Part shown: positions 60,252-64,000 of the stretch, piece after piece | Layout: each line of letters begins with the position of its first letter | Position numbering within the stretch: position 1 is the first letter of the stretch | From: Oopsacas minuta | Taxonomy: Eukaryota > Animalia > Porifera | NCBI GenBank assembly: GCA_024704765.1 | Contig: JAKMXF010000336.1 | Coordinates: 62,001-126,000 of the forward strand | Direction: 5' to 3' | DNA length: 64,000 bases | Translations under genes and position numbers: made by a program | Notes under the pieces: generated by a model | What the model was told of the DNA's origin: nothing | The model's database searches: none | The model's input: the letters and a program-made list of their open reading frames with translations, nothing else

Positions 60252-61109
60252 ATGGCTACAGCTAATACTTTAGAGAGAATATTCTCTGTAGACTATAAGA
60301 GCAAGATACAACCTAATGTGAGTCTTTGTATAGGGGGAAGGTGGCTAGAAAATCTTAAAAATCCAAATGGAGTGACTATTGATAATTCTACAGGAGATAT
60401 CTATGTAGCAGATTGGAGGAATCATTGTGTGAAAGTATTCGATTGTAATGGTCAGATTATGTTTAAATTTGGAGATGAGGAAGGAGAAGGAAAGATGAAT
60501 GGTCCAATGGGGTTAGCTATATGTAGAGATAGAATTCTTATTTCACAAAGTAACAACTGTATCCTGAATTGCCAATTGAATGGGGAGTTTATTTCTAGAA
60601 TAGGGAAACCTGGGAAAGGAGCATTGGAATTTTATGATCCTCTTGGTCTGACATTCGATGAATCTAATGGAGAGGTATACATATGTGATTACAATAATAA
60701 TCGTATTCAGATACTGTCCAAAGAACTTTCTTACAAGACTCAGTTTGGACAAGATAACCTCAAATCTCCTTTTGATATTAAGCTCACAAAAGAATTCATT
60801 TATATTCTTGATCGATCTAATCCTTGTCTTCATCTGTACAACTGTAATCTTATCCTACATAAGAGTATTCTTTCTAGAGGAGATGGATTACAGCTGAATA
60901 TTCCCAGGTTCTTCTATATTGACAATTCTAGCAATATTCTTATTACAAATCACTCTGATATCTCTTCTGGCTCTATTTCTATATTCAACTCTCAATTTGA
61001 TTTGATACACAAGATATCTATAGCTTATCCTACCGGTATTGCAGTGGATAACAGAGGAAGAGTTATTGTGGTTTGTAATGGATATGGACATCGTTTCAAT
61101 ATTTTTTGA
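60252..61109 (+). CDS. NHL beta-propeller protein, propeller-only copy 11
   Basis: Open ORF with six NHL repeats. Confidence 0.9.
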   Translation: MATANTLERIFSVDYKSKIQPNVSLCIGGRWLENLKNPNGVTIDNSTGDIYVADWRNHCVKVFDCNGQIMFKFGDEEGEGKMNGPMGLAICRDRILISQSNNCILNCQLNGEFISRIGKPGKGALEFYDPLGLTFDESNGEVYICDYNNNRIQILSKELSYKTQFGQDNLKSPFDIKLTKEFIYILDRSNPCLHLYNCNLILHKSILSRGDGLQLNIPRFFYIDNSSNILITNHSDISSGSISIFNSQFDLIHKISIAYPTGIAVDNRGRVIVVCNGYGHRFNIF

Positions 61110-61543
61110 TAATTTTTCTATTTTACTAGTGTTCATACCTTTGTTTATGTTTTCTTTTGAACAAACTATACTCTTCCCATATTATGTATTATTCCTTGTT
61201 GTATTTCACCTCTTATAGAGGATTCCTTTCTGTTATAACGACGCCATAATAAGCCTGAATTATCCCTCGATTTTTAGTTTTGCGATTAACGTCAAATTGC
61301 TATTCTGAAGCTCGATACGATATTCCACATAATTCAGAAATCATTAGTTCCTCTCCTTTAGGGAGATGCACATTAGTGTTTGGCCAAAATATGAAATGAG
61401 ATGTGAGCGCTACTCATTAAAGCTAAGCAATTTCTTATAAAAGTTGGCTCACACATCCTATTATGTATACAGAGGTTGTCATCAGTTTAAGTCAAGTTTG
61501 ACTACTGTACTATACTCGTAATATTCTCTTGAGTTTAGTTCAG

Positions 61544-61914
61544 ATGTCTAAACCTGGATTTTCCGGTAAACCTGAATCTGCTATAAAACGTACAGATGAG
61601 TTCATTGAAGTAGAGAAATACGACGTTGCTATAGAAGTTCTGTTCGATGTTCTCAGGAATACACGACATAGAGTTTAGTGATAATCAAATTCTGTCAGCT
61701 TTGTGTTGATCACGGGAAGACTACCTCTGCTAAAGATGGTTTCTATCAATTCCGAATGATCTGTTCTCAGAGTTTGAATTTATTCCATTCTGTAGTGGAG
61801 AAATTTCTGAATTATTCAAATGATAAACTAGCTCTGATGCATAGCTCAGCACAGACTAGATCTGCTCAGGAAAAATCTGTAATGTTAGATCTTGTTTTGA
61901 TTGTACCGTTTATG
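61544..61914 (+). pseudogene. EIF3A: eIF3a first coding exon, copy 6
   Basis: MSKPGFSGKPESAIKRTDEF...AKDGFYQFRMICSQ...AQEKSVMLDL; frameshifting deletion shared with copy 4. Confidence 0.8.
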
Positions 61915-62965
61915 GGGACAGATACGATCCTATTTCTGCATTAACAGAGCTCTCTGTTACATCAAACTGAGCCAGTTTGAAGCAACTCCCTCCGATGCTA
62001 CAGCTTCTGAAATAGATCCCGATGATACCAAATTCCATTACAGAGCAGCTATTTCTTGGTCAGGTATGGGTAATCACGTGCGTGCTATAGAGGTACTGAG
62101 GAATTTAGTAGTGCTAGCTAAAGATAATAGCGTAAAACAGAGTTTTGTGGATAGGGTGAGAGTTGAGGATATGTATCTAACTCAACAACACGTGAGATTA
62201 ACTTGCCAGACATGGAGCATATTGTGTTAGTTGGTCTCTCTGTACAAATGGCTGACTTTATCGGATCCATAACACTGAAAAAATCTAGCTTCACTGGTTG
62301 TGCTAAGAGAGGGTTATTCGCTACACGTGACATTAAAAGTGGAGAGGTGATACATATTTCTAAGGCAGCTGTCTATATTTGAGATTACAAAACCTGAAGT
62401 ATTTCCCTCTCTTGAACTCTTTTCTGATGAACCTGTCTCACCTCCATTCCAAATTCTCATCCATAAGTTTATTGATATAATGAAGACTTTTAAACTATTC
62501 GATTACAGAGTTTTGAAATTAGTTGAAAATAACAACACATCTCCATTCTATCATAACATCGACCTCTATACTGATAAGGGATATGATCTCGTGAAGGATA
62601 TGGATTATCCAAAATTCTCTATAGAGAAGATTCGCGACATTGCGATTAAAAAGGGAGGTGCGTGTAGTTTAGAAAGTGGCACCAATTTATCTTCTTCAGC
62701 CACTATAGGTGAAATGGTAAATAATGCTGTCTCACTAGGAGTTTGGTGTATTCGATCTTTATTGAATCACTCTTGTGTTGGGAATATTGTGAGAGTTGTG
62801 AAAGGAAAAGTTTCTTTGTTGAAAGTATTTAGAGACGTTAAAGCTGAAGAAGAACTAACAATCTCTGCAATTGACGGTGCATACAAAATGGAATTGAAGG
62901 GAAGAAAGGAAACTCTAAAACTATTAAACGCATACAATTGTAAATGTCTCCTCTGTAAGTATTAA
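61915..62965 (+). pseudogene. TPR plus SET-domain gene (SMYD-like C-terminal part), 5'-truncated and frameshifted
   Basis: TPR NRALCYIKL..., SET-N RGLFATRDIKSGE, LLNHSC, EELTISA (Tyr absent) and post-SET CKCLLC. Confidence 0.75.
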
Positions 62966-63091
62966 TCTGAACCAAACATCACATTTTGCTGTCTAATGTA
63001 GCAAATACTTGACTAAAACTAACGTGAATATAAGTATATAATTTATCAAAAATTTTTGAAGTGATTTGATATAATTAATCTCTAAATTGTG

Positions 63092-63700
63092 TCAGATCCA
63101 GATAACTCTAGACGATGGTTCAAGCAGTGCTAGAGAATGATATTCGGATATTTTATCGCAAACGCTCGCACCAGCAGAAGCAAATCCGAATAAATGTTGG
63201 CTAAGATAATCTATATTATTAATTCCGTAACTCTCCATACAATTCGGTAGAGTACCCAGGATAGTTGAGGCATCCTGCTTTGCCTGTTCAATGAGATCCA
63301 AAAACATGAATTTCGGACTTTCAAGCTTCGAAGTTTCACACTCTAGATAAACTACTAGTGTAGAAATATTAGACAGAGTAGTTGATTCATCAATAATTAA
63401 CACTATTTTGCCTTCAATTTCCTGTGTACGGAACAAATCTTAAGTATCATTTGGAACTTTATGTGATCAATGATTTCTGTTGCAGAGTAACGGGAATGAA
63501 AATCTACCCCAAGATCAGTGCCATTCAACTGTTGTAGCTCAACTAAATCGGGATGATCGGTATACGGTCAAAGATATTAAGCTGTTTGAATAATTCGTTT
63601 AGTGTCCTCTAATTGTAAACGTTTCAAATTATCTGTGCTTTTCAATACAGGACTTTTCTACACTTAGAAGACTTTCTTCTGAAATAGTGTGTGTGCGTGA
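63092..63700 (-). mobile_element. hAT transposase remnant (KIAA1586/ZNF862-like)
   Basis: YTDHPDLVELQQLNGTDLG..FHSRYSATEIIDHI, LIIDESTT and FLDLIE..Q.A..I...GFAS motifs; broken frame. Confidence 0.75.
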
Positions 63701-64000
63701 GAAGTTTGGTGTCGAACAATTTTCTTACGTAATGATTCCAATCTTGCTTCTTTTGTATCACCATAATAGTTAACAAGACACTCAGACAATTCTGTAGTGA
63801 CATAAACACCTCTTCTCTTATGCAAGGATAGACAAGACACTTTCTGCCATATTCAACACCCTAGAGTGCTATCTTTTCGAAATAACCATGGGTAATCCTT
63901 CTTTTTACTTTCCCACATATCGGGAGACCAAATATCTGGAACTCTAATCTCGCCAGAATCACTGCTAAAAGAGGCTTTCGTATTTATAGCAGGCCCAGTC

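Noticed and set aside
4497-61109. Diversity-generating retroelement as the source of NHL variation
   Set aside because: There is no reverse transcriptase or TR/VR pair in the window, and the variable codons change at all four bases rather than only at adenines.
1-64000. CRISPR array or prokaryotic defence island
   Set aside because: No regularly spaced short repeats with unique spacers and no cas genes; the sequence is eukaryotic.
1-64000. tRNA, rRNA, LTR or LINE retroelements
   Set aside because: No cloverleaf, rRNA-like tract, LTR pair or RT motif was recognised by eye. A covariance-model scan was not run.

Overview
AT-rich eukaryotic DNA, not prokaryotic. It has GT-AG introns, eukaryotic DNA transposons and eIF3a, CFAP97 and VLIG homologues. 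The compact, intron-poor genes and NHL expansion resemble a sponge such as a hexactinellid (inference only). The window is dominated by an array of 11 NHL six-bladed beta-propeller genes. One carries an N-terminal coiled coil. Ten are propeller-only and appear to derive from it by an in-frame 387-nt deletion. The copies are hypervariable at the xxPxG and post-beta2 loop positions of the blades, share patchwork tracts suggestive of gene conversion, and sit behind a near-invariant 123-nt non-coding arm. They were amplified as a cassette carrying dead 5' fragments of both neighbouring genes: an unidentified divergent gene X and eIF3a. Also present: a decayed CRESS-DNA-virus-like Rep (HUH plus SF3 helicase) insertion; an intact Chapaev3-like transposon nested in a hAT MITE; a dead DD34D mariner; many MITEs; scattered TPR-SET pseudogene pieces; and a 9.4-kb block of four disrupted genes (homocysteine S-methyltransferase, very large inducible GTPase, CFAP97, RmlC-RmlD fusion). 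All calls come from motif recognition by eye; no searches were run.
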